From an uncultured Prolixibacteraceae bacterium (GTDB taxonomy: Bacteria; Bacteroidota; Bacteroidia; Bacteroidales; Prolixibacteraceae): DNA of 64,000 bases. The DNA lies in assembly GCA_964563975.1 (NCBI GenBank), contig CAZLZJ010000005.1:214-64213 (forward strand). The letters are read 5' to 3'. The notes beneath the pieces were generated by a model. It was given only the letters and a program-made list of their open reading frames with translations, had not been told where the DNA came from and did not search any database. Shown piece after piece: positions 50,353 through 61,155 of the stretch (within the stretch, counting starts at the first letter, position 1; each line of letters begins with the position of its first letter). Made by a program: the position numbers and the translations under genes.

Positions 50353-52317
50353 ATGAATAATTTTTTTTCAAATAGAGTAATTATTTCGGTATGGGTGTCA
50401 ACTTTTTTGAATCTGCTGAAAAAAACACTTTTGGCAGCAATGATTTTCATTATACCCGAAGTTAATGCGCAGTCTGCCAAAAGGCTTGAAAAGCTTTTTG
50501 AAGATGCAGGACAGCAGTTTGCCAATCAGTCATATAGCAGTGCGATTGACATTTCAGAAAAAATTATTGAAAAGGACCCCTCTTATCTGGATGCATGGTT
50601 ATTGCTGGCTGATATTTACCAGGAAATCAATAATCCTGAAAAGGAGATTTCTGCTCTTGAAAAAGCTGCCGGCTTAAAAGATATTCCTTTGGTTTGGTTA
50701 AGGTTGGGCAATGCTCTTTTATCAATCGGAAAATATGAAGAAGCTCTCTGCAGTTATACCGGTTATTTAGAGAAGGAGAAGATTAAGCCGGAACGGCGCC
50801 GTGAAGTGGAGATGAGAATTGAAAGCTGCCGTTTTGCCATTGATGCCTTAAAAAATGCTGTGGAATTTAATCCTCAAAGGCTCTCTGATTCAGTTAATTC
50901 ATCATTTGATGAGTATTGGCCCAGTCTTAATATTGATAATTCGCGGCTTATATTCACCCGGCTGGTTAAAGAGCCCGGCAAGCTGCCGCAGGAAGATTTT
51001 TATATGTCTGAGAAAATAGGAGATGATTGGAGTCGTGCAAGGCCGATTGATGAGATAAATACTTCTGATAATGAAGGTGCGCAATGCCTGTCGGCCGATG
51101 GTTCTGTTTTGTTTTTTACTGCCTGCAACCGTTTAGACGGACAAGGGAGTTGCGATATCTACTATTCTGTTATGACAGATGAAGGGTGGAGTGATCCGGC
51201 ACCTGCAGGGCCGCCTCTTAACAGTTCTTCATGGGAGGCTCAGCCCAGTTTATCCTCTGATGGCCGCTTTATATATTTTTCAAGTAACAGGCCCGGCGGA
51301 AGGGGAGGTAAGGATATTTGGAGGGCTGAGTTTGCAGGCTTTGGAGCTAATGGAAAAATGATATGGAAAGAACCGGTCAATCTTGGTGACAGTATAAACA
51401 CACCAGGTGATGAAACTTCTCCTTTTGTGCATGCAGGGAATAAAAATCTTTATTTTGCTTCCGACTATCATATCGGAATGGGAAAATTCGATCTTTTTAT
51501 GTCTGAAATTATTGATGACTCAACTTTTTCAAAACCTGTAAATCTCGGATATCCGATTAACACCTTTAATGATGAGCAGGGATTATTTATCAGCGCAGAT
51601 GGTACGACTGCATTTTTTTCTTCGCCCCGGTATAATCCTCCCGACATCGATATATACTCTTTTCGCATGGATGAGTCAATTCGTCCTCATCCTGCAACAT
51701 ATGCTCAGATTAAGGTGTATGACGAAAAAACTTTACTGCCTGTTCAGGCAACTGTCAGATTAACAAATCTGACATCAGCTGAACTTTCTGAACGGATTGA
51801 AGAGACAGATAATAATGGAAGGTCATTGATTTGCCTGCCTGCGGGTAATAATTATGCATTTTCTGTGTCTAAAGAGGGATACCTTTTTTATTCTGAATAT
51901 TTTAATCTCAGTGAGGTGAAAAATGTATATAATCCGTATGAGCTTGATATAAAGCTTAAATCGGTTGATGTTGGTGCAGAGATGAATCTTTATAATATAT
52001 ATTTTAAGACCGATTCATTTGCAATTCTGCCTGAGTCTGAGCCGGAATTATTGCGACTGTCTGATTTTCTTGAATCGAATCCAACTTTAAAGATTGAGAT
52101 ACAAGGCCATACAGATAATACCGGGAATGCTGACCATAATCTGAAGCTTTCAGAAAAAAGAGCTGATGCTGTTACCGTATATCTTAAAGAGCAGGGTATA
52201 GGAGACGAAAGAGTTAAATGGGCAGGGTACGGAGCAGAAAGGCCTGTGGCTGACAATAGTACAGAAGAGGGCAGGAGGCTAAACCGGCGTACCACTATAA
52301 AAATATTGGATAAATAG
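50353..52317 (+). CDS. OmpA-family protein with TPR, PD40/WD40-like and CarboxypepD_reg-like modules
   Basis: TPR-like N-terminus. Repeated SxDG/FFxS PD40 motifs (LSADGSVLFFT, LSSDGRFIYFSSNRPGG, ISADGTTAFFSS). C-terminal OmpA domain (IEIQGHTDNTGNADHNLKLSEKRA...NRRTTIKI). The start codon is uncertain. Confidence 0.85.
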   Translation: MNNFFSNRVIISVWVSTFLNLLKKTLLAAMIFIIPEVNAQSAKRLEKLFEDAGQQFANQSYSSAIDISEKIIEKDPSYLDAWLLLADIYQEINNPEKEISALEKAAGLKDIPLVWLRLGNALLSIGKYEEALCSYTGYLEKEKIKPERRREVEMRIESCRFAIDALKNAVEFNPQRLSDSVNSSFDEYWPSLNIDNSRLIFTRLVKEPGKLPQEDFYMSEKIGDDWSRARPIDEINTSDNEGAQCLSADGSVLFFTACNRLDGQGSCDIYYSVMTDEGWSDPAPAGPPLNSSSWEAQPSLSSDGRFIYFSSNRPGGRGGKDIWRAEFAGFGANGKMIWKEPVNLGDSINTPGDETSPFVHAGNKNLYFASDYHIGMGKFDLFMSEIIDDSTFSKPVNLGYPINTFNDEQGLFISADGTTAFFSSPRYNPPDIDIYSFRMDESIRPHPATYAQIKVYDEKTLLPVQATVRLTNLTSAELSERIEETDNNGRSLICLPAGNNYAFSVSKEGYLFYSEYFNLSEVKNVYNPYELDIKLKSVDVGAEMNLYNIYFKTDSFAILPESEPELLRLSDFLESNPTLKIEIQGHTDNTGNADHNLKLSEKRADAVTVYLKEQGIGDERVKWAGYGAERPVADNSTEEGRRLNRRTTIKILDK

Positions 52318-52386
52318 GAATTTTATATTTCCCAATCGTCTGAAAATGAGTACATTATTTTTTTTGATTTCGATTTATAATTTAGC

Positions 52387-52394
52387 TAAGTTTG
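52387..52394 (+). promoter_or_regulatory. Candidate -7 promoter core TAAGTTTG
   Basis: Exact TAnnTTTG match 43 nt upstream of the 52437 ATG. Confidence 0.3.
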
Positions 52395-52436
52395 CGGATT
52401 GAATAAAAATAATTGAATTGTATTGATATTTATGTT

Positions 52437-52847
52437 ATGATACAACAGACGGAAATAACACTTCCTCGTTTTAAGAGAGGTTATCATTTGATTACATCAT
52501 ATATTTTAAAGAAGCTTCTGCCGTTGCCAGAGAAAGGGTTGCTCCATATTCTGGTAAAGCATACATCAGCAGGGATAACCCTTAACGAGAATGCTGATCC
52601 GGATGTAAGAGCCGACTTTGAGTCATTTATGAATAAACTGATACCTGAAAATGATCCGGTTTTTACACATACCATCGAAGGAAGTGATGATATGCCTGCA
52701 CATCTTAAATCATCCGTAATTGGTTCAGAGATTACAATACCGATTTCAGGCCAGCGTCTGAACCTTGGTATCTGGCAGGGAATTTATTTATGTGAATTTC
52801 GCAATAATGCTTCCGGCAGGCGACTGGTACTTACAATATTATGTTAG
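52437..52847 (+). CDS. yjbQ: YjbQ/UPF0047-family protein (secondary thiamine-phosphate synthase family)
   Basis: LLHILVKHTSAGITLNENADPDVRADFE...DDMPAHLKSSVIGSEITIPI..G.L.LGIWQGIYLCEFR. I prefer the ATG at 52437 over the TTG at 52413. Confidence 0.85.
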   Translation: MIQQTEITLPRFKRGYHLITSYILKKLLPLPEKGLLHILVKHTSAGITLNENADPDVRADFESFMNKLIPENDPVFTHTIEGSDDMPAHLKSSVIGSEITIPISGQRLNLGIWQGIYLCEFRNNASGRRLVLTILC

Positions 52848-52906
52848 TTACTTTCGTTTCATGTCGTCAGAAAGCCAAATCATCTGTTATAAAATAATTA
52901 ATTTTC

Positions 52907-52931
52907 AGGTGTAAACCGGGATACAACACCT
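52907..52931 (+). terminator. Weak hairpin plus T-tract downstream of yjbQ
   Basis: AGGTGT-13 nt-ACACCT followed by CTTTTG, 60 nt after the stop. Only a 6-bp stem. Confidence 0.25.
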
Positions 52932-52983
52932 CTTTTGAATCTATATAAAAATTACTTTGTAATAACAATAACCAAAATATGCA

Positions 52984-54588
52984 ATGCAAAAAAGACTATT
53001 ATTAGGAGTTGAAGCAATCGGGCAGGCTGCAATTGATGCGGGTATTTCCGGTGTTTATGCCTATCCCGGCACTCCTTCAACGGAGATAACCGGGTATATT
53101 CAGAATAATCCTGTAGCTGTTGAAAGAAATATTCACCGTAAATGGTCAGTAAATGAAAAAACAGCCATGGAAGCTGCTCTGGGAATGTCATATGCAGGGA
53201 AAAGATCGTTGACCTGTATGAAGCATGTGGGGCTTAATGTTGCTGCTGACGTATTTATGAATGCATCTGTAACAGGGGTAAATGGCGGATTGGTTGTTGT
53301 TGTGGCTGATGATCCGTCACAGCACTCTTCACAAAATGAACAAGATTCCAGATATTATGGCAAGTTTGCCATGATACCCGTTTTAGAACCATCAAATCAG
53401 CAGGAAGCTTACGATATGACTATGGAGGCATTCGACATATCGGAACAATTAAAGCTTCCGGTGATGGTGAGAATACCAACACGTTTGGCTCATTCCCGTT
53501 CAGGGGTGTTGCAGAAAAATCTTTTGGAGGAAAACAGATTAAGGTTCCCTGAAAATTTAAAACAGTTTATACTTGTTCCGGCATACGGACGGAAGCGTTA
53601 TCAGGAATTATTAGATAAACAGCCGGCAATATTGCAACTGGCTGAAGAATCAAAATATAATTTTTATATCGAAGGCAATGATAAAAGCCTTGGTATAATT
53701 TGTTGCGGAATTACTATTAATTATCTGATGGAGAACTTTCCTGACGGTAACTGTCCGTGGCCGGTAGTTAAAATAAGCCATTATCCCCTGCCCGGGAAAT
53801 TATTGTTAAGATTAGAAGAGGAGTGCGACAAATTGCTTGTGGTTGAAGAGGGATATCCTATAGCAGAAGAGATATTAAAAGATTTTTTCGGGAAAGGTAA
53901 AATTGTAAATGGGCGGCTTGATGGAACTTTACCTCGCAAGGGGGAGCTTAATCCCGATCATCTGGCCGATGCATTAGGATTGAAAAAGGGTACTTCCCGG
54001 ATAACTCCTGCCGGTTTACCAAACCGCCCTCCTTCATTGTGTGTGGGATGCGGACATATAGATACTTTTTTGGCTTTGAATGAGATAATAGGTGAAATAG
54101 GTGAGGGAAGGGTATTTTCCGATATTGGTTGTTATGCCCTTGGTGTTCTTCCGCCATATAATTCGATAAATACATGTGTAGATATGGGAGCTTCAATCAC
54201 AATGGCTAAAGGAGCTGCTGATGCCGGCATGTTGCCGGTGCTTGCTGTTATCGGAGATTCAACATTTACCCATTCAGGAATTACCGGATTGCTTGATTGT
54301 GTTAACGGAAAAAGTAATGTTAATATTATTATTGTTGATAATGAGACAGTTGCAATGACCGGTGGTCAGGAGTCTTCTGCTGAAGGGCGGATTGAAAATA
54401 TCTGTATGGGAGTAGGAGTGGATCCTGGCCATATAAGGGTATTTGTTCCGCTTAAAAAAAATCATAAAAAAATAGTGAATATTATAAGGGAGGAGATGAA
54501 TTACGATGGAGTCTCCGTGATGATCGGAAGGCGTGAATGTGTACAAAAGGCGGTTAGATCAAAAAGGTTAAATATAAAAAAGGAGTAA
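52984..54588 (+). CDS. iorA: Indolepyruvate:ferredoxin oxidoreductase alpha subunit (TPP-dependent)
   Basis: LLGVEAIGQAAIDAGISGVYAYPGTPSTEI. TPP-binding region (GDSTFTHSGITGL). CVGCGH. Followed directly by the beta subunit. Confidence 0.85.
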   Translation: MQKRLLLGVEAIGQAAIDAGISGVYAYPGTPSTEITGYIQNNPVAVERNIHRKWSVNEKTAMEAALGMSYAGKRSLTCMKHVGLNVAADVFMNASVTGVNGGLVVVVADDPSQHSSQNEQDSRYYGKFAMIPVLEPSNQQEAYDMTMEAFDISEQLKLPVMVRIPTRLAHSRSGVLQKNLLEENRLRFPENLKQFILVPAYGRKRYQELLDKQPAILQLAEESKYNFYIEGNDKSLGIICCGITINYLMENFPDGNCPWPVVKISHYPLPGKLLLRLEEECDKLLVVEEGYPIAEEILKDFFGKGKIVNGRLDGTLPRKGELNPDHLADALGLKKGTSRITPAGLPNRPPSLCVGCGHIDTFLALNEIIGEIGEGRVFSDIGCYALGVLPPYNSINTCVDMGASITMAKGAADAGMLPVLAVIGDSTFTHSGITGLLDCVNGKSNVNIIIVDNETVAMTGGQESSAEGRIENICMGVGVDPGHIRVFVPLKKNHKKIVNIIREEMNYDGVSVMIGRRECVQKAVRSKRLNIKKE

Positions 54589-54591
54589 GTG

Positions 54592-55170
54592 ATGAAGAGC
54601 GATATTATCTTAGCAGGAGTTGGCGGACAGGGAATTTTATCTATTGCAGCAGTTTTGGGGGCAGCTGCCCTTAATGAGAATTATTATCTTAAACAGGCAG
54701 AAACACACGGAATGAGCCAAAGAGGCGGAGAAGTGGTTTCTCATCTCAGGATTTCTGACCGGCCTGTTCACTCTGATCTGATCCCTTTGGGCAAAGCCGG
54801 TCTGATACTATCGGTCGAACCACTTGAGTCTTTAAGATATCTTCCTTATCTGTCTGCTCAGGGCACTTTGGTTACCAACACAGTTGAATTCAGAAATATT
54901 GTTAATTATCCGGATATTAAAAAGATATTTGAAGAGTTAGCCGGAAAATTGAAAATGATAAGAATTAATGCTGATCAGCTTGCAAAAGATATGGGGAATC
55001 CGAGAGCTTCCAATATGGTAATGTTAGGCGCAGCTTCTCCGTTTATAGAGATAAGCCCGGAAATTATTATAAAGGGCATAAAAGATGTATTTAAGCCAAA
55101 AGGAAAAAAAATAGTTGGATCAAATATTGATCTATTTTTGGAAGGAAGAAAATTTTCTGAAGGCCAATAA
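54592..55170 (+). CDS. iorB: Indolepyruvate oxidoreductase beta subunit
   Basis: ILAGVGGQGILS....LG.AA...........ETHGMSQRGG.V.SHLRI. The ATG lies 3 nt after the iorA stop (an alternative GTG is at 54589). Confidence 0.85.
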   Translation: MKSDIILAGVGGQGILSIAAVLGAAALNENYYLKQAETHGMSQRGGEVVSHLRISDRPVHSDLIPLGKAGLILSVEPLESLRYLPYLSAQGTLVTNTVEFRNIVNYPDIKKIFEELAGKLKMIRINADQLAKDMGNPRASNMVMLGAASPFIEISPEIIIKGIKDVFKPKGKKIVGSNIDLFLEGRKFSEGQ

Positions 55171-55191
55171 CCGGAAATTGCTTATAAGATA

Positions 55192-56088
55192 TTAGCTTTT
55201 TATAATCTTTTTTGTTCTTTCAACAAGGTCTTTTAATCCTTCAATAGTACCGCCTCCGCGTTGTTCAAGTGTCAGCCAGCTGTTATATCCGATCTCGTCA
55301 AGTGCTTTCATTACGGCCGGCCAGTTAACTGTACCTTCGCCTAAGTCAACATTGAACCCTGCCCTTTTACCTTTAGTGTTGGCAGCTTCCATGTCAAATT
55401 CCTTTATATGTACACGTGCTATCCGCTTACCAAGGATTTTAATCCACTGTTCCGGCCATCCGTAGACCATGATATTTCCACAATCGAAAAAGAACTTTAC
55501 ATATTGACTTTTAAACTGATCCATATAGTGTATTGCTTCAACAGGGCTTAACAGGAAGTTATTCCAAACATTTTCTATGGCAATGCTTACTTTTAGTTTT
55601 TCTGCCAATGGAACTACTTTTTTTATCTCTTCGGTAGTACGGTTCCAGCACTCATCATAACTTACCGATTCGTCAACTTTTCCCGGAACAAGCAGAACTG
55701 CATCGGTTCCATAATATTTGGCATCTTCAATTGAGTGTTCAAGAGCCTCTCTGCCTTTATCTCTGATGGCTTTATCCGGAGATGACAACAGCCATTCCCA
55801 GTGTTTTGAATCGCAAACACTTGAAATGGGTAAACCCGTGGCTTTACTGGCTTTCATCACTTCATTCCTGTCAAGATGGCTGTTAACCTGAACACCGTTA
55901 AAACCTGCCTCTTTTGCATGTCTGAATTTTTCTCCGATATCGGTGCTGGTTCCGATTGTTCCCCACATAATACCTATCCGGTAATTTCTTGCCGGTTGAG
56001 CAATATTGCCGGTAAGTCCAAATGCAGGCATTGCTGATACAGCCATTGAGCTTAAAACCGTGTTTTTTACAAATTTGCGTCTGTCCAT
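55192..56088 (-). CDS. TAT-exported sugar phosphate isomerase/epimerase-fold (xylose-isomerase-like TIM barrel) protein
   Basis: MDRRKFVKNTVLSSMAVSAMPAFG leader. AIENVWNNFL, FFDCGN, VHIKE, LEQRGG segments. Confidence 0.75.
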   Translation of the reverse strand: MDRRKFVKNTVLSSMAVSAMPAFGLTGNIAQPARNYRIGIMWGTIGTSTDIGEKFRHAKEAGFNGVQVNSHLDRNEVMKASKATGLPISSVCDSKHWEWLLSSPDKAIRDKGREALEHSIEDAKYYGTDAVLLVPGKVDESVSYDECWNRTTEEIKKVVPLAEKLKVSIAIENVWNNFLLSPVEAIHYMDQFKSQYVKFFFDCGNIMVYGWPEQWIKILGKRIARVHIKEFDMEAANTKGKRAGFNVDLGEGTVNWPAVMKALDEIGYNSWLTLEQRGGGTIEGLKDLVERTKKIIKS

Positions 56089-56230
56089 GATATCTTAATT
56101 TAAATTGTGATATCAAATATAGTAATAGATTTAGAAGATATCCAAAAAATCTATTTTGTTATTTTTTTTATCTTTCAATAAAAAATAGTTAGTTTTACTA
56201 TTCATAATTATAAACATTTAACTAAAGATC

Positions 56231-58012
56231 ATGACTAACAGATTGATAGGAAGATTTCCAAAAGTGGGTATTCGTCCGGTAATTGACGGACGGGAGCGTG
56301 GGGTACGCGAATCGCTCGAGGTGCAGACTATGAATCTTGCCGGGGCAGCAGCAAAGCTGATTGAGGAAAATGTACGGTTTTCATCAGGCGACGAGGTTGA
56401 GTGTGTTATTGCCGATACCACAATTGGCGGGGTTGCTGAGGCGGCAATGTGTGCCGACAAGTTTGAAAAGGAAGGGGTAGGGGTTTCACTTACAGTAACA
56501 TCGAGCTGGTGCTACGGAACCGAAGTAATGGATTCAAACCCTTTAATTCCAAAAGCAGTATGGGGGTTTAACGGTACGGAACGGCCCGGGGCAGTATATC
56601 TTGCTGCAGCTCTTGCCGGATATACACAAAAAGGCCTTCCTGCATTTGGTATCTACGGAGCTGATGTTAAAGATGCCGGTGATACGGATATCCCGGATGA
56701 TGTGAAAGAGAAGATTTTGCGATTTATTAAAGCTTCTCTGGCAGTGGCACAGATGAAAGGGAAGTCATATCTTTCAATTGGCTACACCTCAATGGGTATT
56801 GCCGGATCAACAGTAAACCCCGACCTGTTTCAGGAATATTTTGGTATGCGCACAGAGTTTGTTGATATGTCGGAGATTAAACGCCGCCTTGAAGAAGATA
56901 TCTATGACAAAGAGGAATTTGAGAAAGCTGTCAGGTGGACAAGGTCTAACTGTATTGAGGGAGATGATTATAATAAACCTTCCGTGCAGGCAAGCCGTGA
57001 ACGTAAAGATAGTGACTGGGAAACTTCAGTAAAGATGGCAATGATATTTCGCGACCTGATGATAGGCAATCCTAAGTTAAAGGAGGCAGGATTTGGAGAG
57101 GAGTCGCATGGCAAAAATGCAATTACCGGAGGGTTCCAGGGGCAAAGGCAATGGACTGACTATATGCCGAATGGTGATTTTGCCGAAGTTATTCTGAATA
57201 CTTCATTTGATTGGAACGGGATACGTCAGCCTTTTGTGTTTGCTACGGAAAATGACAGCCTGAATGCCATGCCTATGTTGTTTGGACATCTTTTAACCAA
57301 TACCGCACAAATTTTTTCTGATGTAAGGACTTACTGGAGCCCTGCTGCAGTGGAAAGGGTAACAGGTAAGAAACTTACCGGATTGGCAAAAGATGGGATA
57401 ATCCATCTTCTCAATTCAGGTGCCACCACATTGGATGCTACCGGACAGCAAATAGACAAGGATGGTAATCAAATGATGAAACCTTTTTGGGATATTACTG
57501 AAGATGATGTTAAAAGATGCTTAGAGAATACCAGATTTTGCCCGGCAAACAGGGAGTACTTTAGGGGAGGGGGTTATTCAAGCCAGTTTAAAACCTCTGC
57601 ACAAATGCCCGTGACAATGACAAGGCTTAATCTTGTAAAGGGATTGGGGCCCATACTTCAGATTGCAGAAGGATTTACTGTTGATATTGATAATGAAATA
57701 CATAAAGTGTTAAATGAACGGACCGACCCGACATGGCCATCCACATGGTTTGTCCCCCGGCTTACCGGGAAAGGAGCATTTAAAGATGTCTATTCAGTTA
57801 TGGCAAATTGGGGTGCTAACCATGGTGCAATCAGTTACGGACATATAGGTGCAGACCTTATAACGCTGGCATCGTTGCTAAGAATACCCGTGTGTATGCA
57901 TAATGTTGATGAAAACAGTATTTTTCGTCCAAGTGCCTGGAATGCATTCGGACAAGATAAAGAGGGTGCAGATTACAGGGCTTGCGCCTGTTTTGGGCCT
58001 TTATACAAATAA
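56231..58012 (+). CDS. fucI: L-fucose isomerase
   Basis: The N-terminus [28 protein letters not shown]...[35 protein letters not shown]...[18 protein letters not shown] closely parallels E. coli FucI as I remember it. 593 aa. Confidence 0.93.
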   Translation: MTNRLIGRFPKVGIRPVIDGRERGVRESLEVQTMNLAGAAAKLIEENVRFSSGDEVECVIADTTIGGVAEAAMCADKFEKEGVGVSLTVTSSWCYGTEVMDSNPLIPKAVWGFNGTERPGAVYLAAALAGYTQKGLPAFGIYGADVKDAGDTDIPDDVKEKILRFIKASLAVAQMKGKSYLSIGYTSMGIAGSTVNPDLFQEYFGMRTEFVDMSEIKRRLEEDIYDKEEFEKAVRWTRSNCIEGDDYNKPSVQASRERKDSDWETSVKMAMIFRDLMIGNPKLKEAGFGEESHGKNAITGGFQGQRQWTDYMPNGDFAEVILNTSFDWNGIRQPFVFATENDSLNAMPMLFGHLLTNTAQIFSDVRTYWSPAAVERVTGKKLTGLAKDGIIHLLNSGATTLDATGQQIDKDGNQMMKPFWDITEDDVKRCLENTRFCPANREYFRGGGYSSQFKTSAQMPVTMTRLNLVKGLGPILQIAEGFTVDIDNEIHKVLNERTDPTWPSTWFVPRLTGKGAFKDVYSVMANWGANHGAISYGHIGADLITLASLLRIPVCMHNVDENSIFRPSAWNAFGQDKEGADYRACACFGPLYK

Positions 58013-58147
58013 ATCAGGGTTCGTTTTATATAATCGGTTAATTAGTTTCCTGCATATTTTAATATATATACTTTGTCTGCGGTATCTCTTTTCAGGTATT
58101 TTCACAGTAAAGCTTATCTCTGCAATAATATTAGTAAAATAGTAAAA

Positions 58148-60283
58148 ATGAAGAGCAGAATATTGTTATTCTGGTTGTTTTGTACTTTTTCTGCTATTTC
58201 GCAGAATAAAGTTATTACCCTTGAAGATGCAGTGACAGGATTCAGTACATATCTGCGTCCTCAAAAATTAAACAGTCCCGAGTGGAAAAATGACAAAGAG
58301 TTTTCTTATATCAAGAGTGACACACTCTGGTTGGAACATGCACAGACAGGTGATCGCATTCCGGTTATCTCTCTCAGGGAGTTGAATAATATTATCAATG
58401 TACAGCAAATCATCAGGTCTGATAATTTTCCTGAATATGAATGGATTGAAGATGGTATGTTGCTTCTTAGGTGTAATAAGGAGTTTTATATTGTAGACCC
58501 GGTGAGCAGAAAAGTCGGATTGAAAATTTTGCTTCCGGCAAATGCTGAAAATCCGGAGTTTAGCAAAGAAGGCCGGTTTGCGGTATATACAGTTGATGAT
58601 AATCTCTATATGTTGCTTGAAGGAGGTGAGGTGAGGCAAATAACAGATGATGGCGGTAAAGGAGTAGTTTACGGTAAAGTTGTTCATCGTAATGAGTTTG
58701 GAATCTCAAAAGGGATTTTTTGTGCTCCTGAAGGTGATTATATTGCTTTTTACAGAAAGGATGAGTCGGAAGTTACATCCTACCCGTTAGTCAATTATAT
58801 GGAGAGAGTGGCTGAGTATGTGCCGGTGAGATACCCTATGGCCGGAATGAATAGTGAAAAGGTTACGGTGGGTATATATAGTGTTGAAACCTGCCGGACA
58901 ATATATCTTAATACAGAAGGGCCCCCCGATCAGTACCTTACAAATATCTCCTGGGCACCCGGCGGGAAGTCTATTTATATTGCAGTATTAGACAGGCAAC
59001 AGAAATATATGCAGATGAACTGTTATGATATAAACTCCGGAGATAAGGTGCAAACACTGTTTTCTGAAAAGCATGATAAGTATGTGGAACCGCTGCATCC
59101 TGTTATATTTTCAAAAAAAGATAAAAATATTTTCTACTACCTTTCAAGAAGGGATGGTTGGTTTCATCTGTATAAGTATAATACCTCAGGACAATTGCTG
59201 GGCCAGATAACAAAAGGAGATTGGGAGATTACAGATATAATTGGCTTTGATCAAAATGAAGAGTGTTTATTTATAGAAGCTACCAAAGAGAGTTATTTGG
59301 AAAGAAACTTGTACAGGGTTGAGATTAACAGAGGAAAAATTATCAAACTAAACAGGGGAGATGGTATACACTCCGGAAAATTAAGCCGGGGGAAAAGTTT
59401 TTTGCTCGACACCTGGCACTCGGTTGATACACCGTCGGGGAGTGATATTATTTCGACAGACGGTAAATTCGGGAGAACGGTATTTAGATCGGCAGATCCT
59501 CTTAATGGGTACGAACTTGGTGAAAACAGGCTGGTATCTTTAATAGCAGCTGACGGAATCACTAAGCTTACAGGTCGTCTGATACTTCCTCCGGGGTTTG
59601 ATCCGTCAAAAAAATATCCTGTAATACTTTATGTTTACGGGGGACCTCATCTTCAACTGATCACCGGAGGCCGGCATAACAATGTAAGAGGATGGGAGTA
59701 TTATATGGCGTCGAAAGGATATATTTGCTTTTCAGTTGATAACCGGGGATCAGCCAACCGGGGGATGGCATTTGAAAGTATTGTTCACCGGAGACTGGGA
59801 GTGGTTGAGACAGAAGATCAGATGAAAGGAGTTGAATTTCTTTGCTCTTTACCATATGTCGACAGCAGGCGTATTGGAGTTCATGGGTGGAGTTACGGTG
59901 GTTTTATGACATTAAATCTGATGTTGCGGCATCCCGGTGTATTTAAGGTTGGTGTTGCCGGTGGACCGGTGGTTGACTGGAGTATGTATGAGGTGATGTA
60001 TAGTGAGCGTTATATGGATACACCCTTTGATAATCCCGGGGGCTATGAAATAACAAATATGGCCGGGTATGCATCCCGCCTTGAAGGAGACCTTTTAATA
60101 ATTCACGGGATGCAAGATGATGTGGTAGTAATGCAGCACTCCATGAAATTTATAAGGGAGTGTATTAAGCAGGGCAGACAGGTTGATTTTTTTCCTTATC
60201 CCACACATGCCCACAATATATTTGGGAATGACCGGGTACATTTGATGGAGAAAGTAAGCAATTACTTTTTTGATAATTTATAA
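58148..60283 (+). CDS. Dipeptidyl-peptidase IV-type serine peptidase (S9B)
   Basis: Signal peptide MKSRILLFWLFCTFSAISQ (track start 58073 is less likely). DPP-IV N-terminal propeller. Catalytic GWSYGG, Asp (HGMQDDVV) and His (THAH). Confidence 0.88.
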   Translation: MKSRILLFWLFCTFSAISQNKVITLEDAVTGFSTYLRPQKLNSPEWKNDKEFSYIKSDTLWLEHAQTGDRIPVISLRELNNIINVQQIIRSDNFPEYEWIEDGMLLLRCNKEFYIVDPVSRKVGLKILLPANAENPEFSKEGRFAVYTVDDNLYMLLEGGEVRQITDDGGKGVVYGKVVHRNEFGISKGIFCAPEGDYIAFYRKDESEVTSYPLVNYMERVAEYVPVRYPMAGMNSEKVTVGIYSVETCRTIYLNTEGPPDQYLTNISWAPGGKSIYIAVLDRQQKYMQMNCYDINSGDKVQTLFSEKHDKYVEPLHPVIFSKKDKNIFYYLSRRDGWFHLYKYNTSGQLLGQITKGDWEITDIIGFDQNEECLFIEATKESYLERNLYRVEINRGKIIKLNRGDGIHSGKLSRGKSFLLDTWHSVDTPSGSDIISTDGKFGRTVFRSADPLNGYELGENRLVSLIAADGITKLTGRLILPPGFDPSKKYPVILYVYGGPHLQLITGGRHNNVRGWEYYMASKGYICFSVDNRGSANRGMAFESIVHRRLGVVETEDQMKGVEFLCSLPYVDSRRIGVHGWSYGGFMTLNLMLRHPGVFKVGVAGGPVVDWSMYEVMYSERYMDTPFDNPGGYEITNMAGYASRLEGDLLIIHGMQDDVVVMQHSMKFIRECIKQGRQVDFFPYPTHAHNIFGNDRVHLMEKVSNYFFDNL

Positions 60284-60351
60284 AGTTTCGTTTATTCAGC
60301 AAATTTATTTGCGGTGACGGTGGTCGCGATGATTGAAAAATAAAATAATTT

Positions 60352-61155
60352 TTAAATCCTTACTATACAAGAATCGGGAAGCCATCCTAAATTGCCATCT
60401 GAAAGTTTAATTTTTGTCCATATGTCAAGGCTGTCGGATATCTCTACTTTTACCCCTTCATAAAGAAGAAACAGGTCTGTGCTGTTTACAGATGGTGCAC
60501 TTTTTACAGTTACGCGCGGGCATAAAACTATGGCATGATCTCGTCTGTTGATTTTCTCCTTTTGATTGGCAGCAAAGGAAAAGGTAAAAACAGTTACTAT
60601 TAATGCAATGATACCAAACCAGAAAGAGAATTTCTTGATTGATGCAGAACGGCTAAAAAGGAATGCTCCAAGTAACAGCAGGAAAATTATAAACAGTCCG
60701 ATACTTAAAGAGGCCCATATATCGGCCGGATATTTATTAATAATCTCTTTTTTCCATCGTATAAAAAAGGGTTGCGGTAACTCCTCTATTGCGGTCACTA
60801 CAAATTGATTTGCCATTCGTAAATTAAATTCGATATCTTCATCTTGTGGAGCAAGTAGCCGGGCACGTTCATAATTTAAGACTGCATTATTTATATCACC
60901 TGTTTTATAATATGCATTACCCAGATTAAAATATAGTTTTGCAGATTCTTGTCCCGCATCAATAATTTGCTCATATTCAAGAATAGCTTTTTGGTACTCT
61001 TCAGCAGCGTAAAGTGAATTTGCTTTTTCCCAAAGTATCCGGATTGAATCCTGTGCACTTATATTTAAAAAAAACAAAATTCCTGATAATAAGCTTATTA
61101 AACGATATATGTTATTTTTCATCATAGTTTTTTTATCGTTTGATCTGTTTTTCAA
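60352..61155 (-). CDS. batE: BatE-like TPR + SH3 domain protein (aerotolerance operon)
   Basis: TPR (YFNLGNAYYKTGDINNAVLNYERA), two TM segments, and a C-terminal SH3-like domain (TVKSAPSVNSTDLFLLYEGVKVEI...W.KI.L.DG..GW). Follows batD. The alternative Met-11 start would remove the 23-nt overlap. Confidence 0.75.
   Translation of the reverse strand: MKNRSNDKKTMMKNNIYRLISLLSGILFFLNISAQDSIRILWEKANSLYAAEEYQKAILEYEQIIDAGQESAKLYFNLGNAYYKTGDINNAVLNYERARLLAPQDEDIEFNLRMANQFVVTAIEELPQPFFIRWKKEIINKYPADIWASLSIGLFIIFLLLLGAFLFSRSASIKKFSFWFGIIALIVTVFTFSFAANQKEKINRRDHAIVLCPRVTVKSAPSVNSTDLFLLYEGVKVEISDSLDIWTKIKLSDGNLGWLPDSCIVRI

Noticed and set aside
52318-52436. Possible TPP riboswitch upstream of yjbQ (a thiamine-related family)
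   Set aside because: I could not find the conserved CUGAGA / ACCCUG-type TPP aptamer elements. The spacer is AT-rich and contains only a promoter-like TAAGTTTG.
58268-58687. 139-aa minus-strand ORF
   Set aside because: It is antisense to the N-terminal propeller region of the DPP-IV-like gene, with no supporting features.
60299-60312. GCAAA-ttta-TTTGC palindrome between the convergent DPP-IV-like and batE genes as a bidirectional terminator
   Set aside because: It has only 5 AT-rich base pairs, which is too weak to call.
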